Origin: Eledone cirrhosa
Lineage: Eukaryota
Assembly: GCA_964016885.1 (NCBI GenBank)
Contig: OZ024740.1
Span: 285,634,001 to 285,698,000 of the forward strand
Direction of reading: 5' to 3'
DNA: 64,000 bases
The stretch's first letter is position 1. Each line of letters starts with the position of its first letter. The notes beneath the pieces are model-generated. The model was given only the letters and a program-made list of their open reading frames with translations, was not told where the DNA came from and made no database searches. The position numbers and the translations under genes were made by a program. Shown piece after piece: positions 61,918 to 64,000 of the stretch.

Positions 61918-63074
61918 GCTAGTGTTAAGAACATAACTTAACAAAGGTTCTTACATAAAATCATGATGGAAGGTTTCTAGAAAAATATAAACACTTTAAA
62001 ACAAATAGGTTTTAGGTGGTTTGGTAACCCTTTCGTTACTATATTTCAAATGAAAGACATTGCCTATAATTTTCAAATAATTTTGAGAATAAAGAATTTG
62101 AAAGGGTTTAGTAAGGATAATTACAACTTAAAGAAGATGCCTCACATTCAGTAAATATAGTCTTGGCAAAGAGGAGTTGATGTTATCAAACAGTGTCGAA
62201 TCCTGCTCCATAACCAAGTTGCTCTTTCTGCCCCCACCCCTCGCCTAAGCTGGTATTTGGAACATAACTCAGTAAATGTTTTGACATAAAATTATGATGG
62301 AAGGTTTTTATATAAATATAAACACTTCAAAATAAACAATTTCATATTATAAAACTCAAGGCGGTTTGGCATCAAAGGTGTTTAACTAAATGCAAAGAAA
62401 TGGTAACAAACTCTACATAGGAGCTTACAATAAGCAGTACAATGTCTGCATGAACATCAGCATTAAAATGAGATAAATATGAGTCATTGAACTATATGTG
62501 GTAAATAGCATCGAACTGTATACAGAATGATATATTAAATAGTACATACTTTCATAACATTAAACTGCAGACCCAGTATTATATAATCAGTATGTGGTGT
62601 GTGATGATCGTAAAGCTGAATCTGATACTTGGTGTCAAATTTAAATGGTATGTACATGGTATGTACATGGTATTAAACTGTACATGGTATTATTACATTG
62701 TCCAAGTTATTAAAACTGTATATGATATGTTGTATTAAACTGTTCTTGGTATGTGGTATCATGTATTTAATAAAATGTTTTGAATTTAAGCATAATATCT
62801 ATTATTATTATCGTCATCATTATCATCTAAATTTTGTGTATTTAGAAGTGAAAAGTAAATCTTCCCTTTGGCTATTTTACAATTGAGATCAATGCCTTAT
62901 CAGTTATTGATATCAGAAGCCATTTGGCATATGAGTGAAATTTAACTGTTCATTCATTTGCACGCAACCTGCTAATGCATTTTCACTAGTCTTCATCTCG
63001 TTTTTCATGTGGATGGCTGGCTTTCACTGTTGGATATATACAGTAGGCTTTGCTTTCTTTCCACCCCAAACTTC

Positions 63075-63355
63075 ATCTCTCTCTCTCCCTCATTCCCCCC
63101 ACTCTTTCTCTTTTTCCTTCCCCCCACTCTTTCTCTTTTTCCTTCCCCCCACTCTTTCTCTTTTTCCTTCCCCCACTCTCTCTATCCTTCTCTCTCCCTC
63201 ATCCCCCTCCTCTTCTCCTCTCTTTCTCTATCCCTCACCCTATCACTCTCCCTCACCCTCTCTTTCTATCTCCCTTCTCTCACATCTCTCTCGCTCTACC
63301 CCCTCTCCCATCTCTGCCCCTTCCCTCTTCCTCATCTCACCCCCTCTCTCTCGTA
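63075..63355. repeat. Polypyrimidine tract with a 25-bp subrepeat
   Basis: About three CCCCCACTCTTTCTCTTTTTCCTTC units followed by CT-rich low-complexity sequence. Confidence 0.92.
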
Positions 63356-63683
63356 CACTTCTCAAGGATTTAGTAAGAAAATTCTTGGAATATGATGAGG
63401 CTAGAAAGTCTTATTTCATTTGACACCTCTCACTGGTATCAGGGGTGAGACTGGAGTAGCTTTTTCTAGTCAGATTATTGGATATAACACCTAGTTTTAC
63501 AGGAACCTTCTTTCCACTAAACAGCTTAAACTGTACTCTTCTTTTTCTTTCTATTTCTTTTATTTCTTGCCAATAAATTTGGTTGTTTATATGTGTATGT
63601 ATATACCCCCCCCCCCCCACACACACATACGTACACACCCACACATACGTACACACCCACACACAATTTTTGGGGACACCCTC

Positions 63684-63715
<32 letters not shown>

Positions 63716-63892
63716 GTAATAATAATAATAAATTTGAAGACTAAAATCCAAAGAGGGCTCGATAAGGATAAATATATATCAAATATATAAGAACCGTAGA
63801 GCAAATATGACTGTTAGTTTCAGAAGATCCCGTTAAGGGTGAAAGCAGCGATTCTTTTCTTAAACTTTAATTTGTTATTTTAATAAATATAT
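63716..63892 (+). mobile_element. (TA)n-flanked short element with CAGAAGA hammerhead-like motif (63816-63866)
   Basis: AGTTT CAGAAGA TCCCGTTAAGGGT GAAAGCAG...TTCTT AAACT; one stem III substitution relative to the 43884 copy. Confidence 0.8.
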
Positions 63893-63912
63893 ATATTTTA
63901 TACACACACACA

Positions 63913-64000
63913 CAGGATGTCCCCCAAAATGTATACACACTTCAACAACATTCTAATAAATATCGGCTGTACAGGTAATCAAAGTGTGTATATATTTTCG
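63913..64000. mobile_element. Short palindromic Tc1/mariner-type MITE (cut by the window end)
   Basis: CAGGATGTCCCCCAAAATGTATACACACTT ... AAGTGTGTATATATTTTCG; a related terminus TTTTGGGGACACCCT lies at ~63668-63683. Confidence 0.6.

Noticed and set aside
62935-63423. Longest ORF in the window (162 aa, Ser/Pro/Leu-rich)
   Set aside because: A polypyrimidine tract lacks stop codons in all three frames

Overview
AT-rich, repeat-saturated eukaryotic DNA with abundant (TA)n/(CA)n microsatellites and a 200-N gap. The repeat landscape resembles a cephalopod (octopus-like) genome; this is inferred from pattern recognition, not a database match. No long protein-coding ORF exists, and nearly all listed ORFs are spurious. 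The window looks like a large intron or intergenic block with at most one plausible + strand exon (about 11085-11340). It holds three SINE families, piggyBac- and Tc1/mariner-type MITEs, nested non-autonomous Helitrons, and decayed RTE and CRE non-LTR retrotransposon fragments. The main signal is a set of short inserts in or beside (TA)n tracts that fold into type I hammerhead ribozymes. Four have intact catalytic cores (38041-38134 -, 38157-38250 +, 38637-38718 -, 58010-58053 -). One three-copy family has a CAGAAGA variant core, and several more are decayed. They belong to several unrelated sequence families, often carry a non-canonical pyrimidine mismatch at the base of stem II, and are often duplicated as fold-back palindromes. 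This points to microsatellite-targeting, non-autonomous Penelope-like or retrozyme-type elements. All structures were folded by eye and no activity has been shown.
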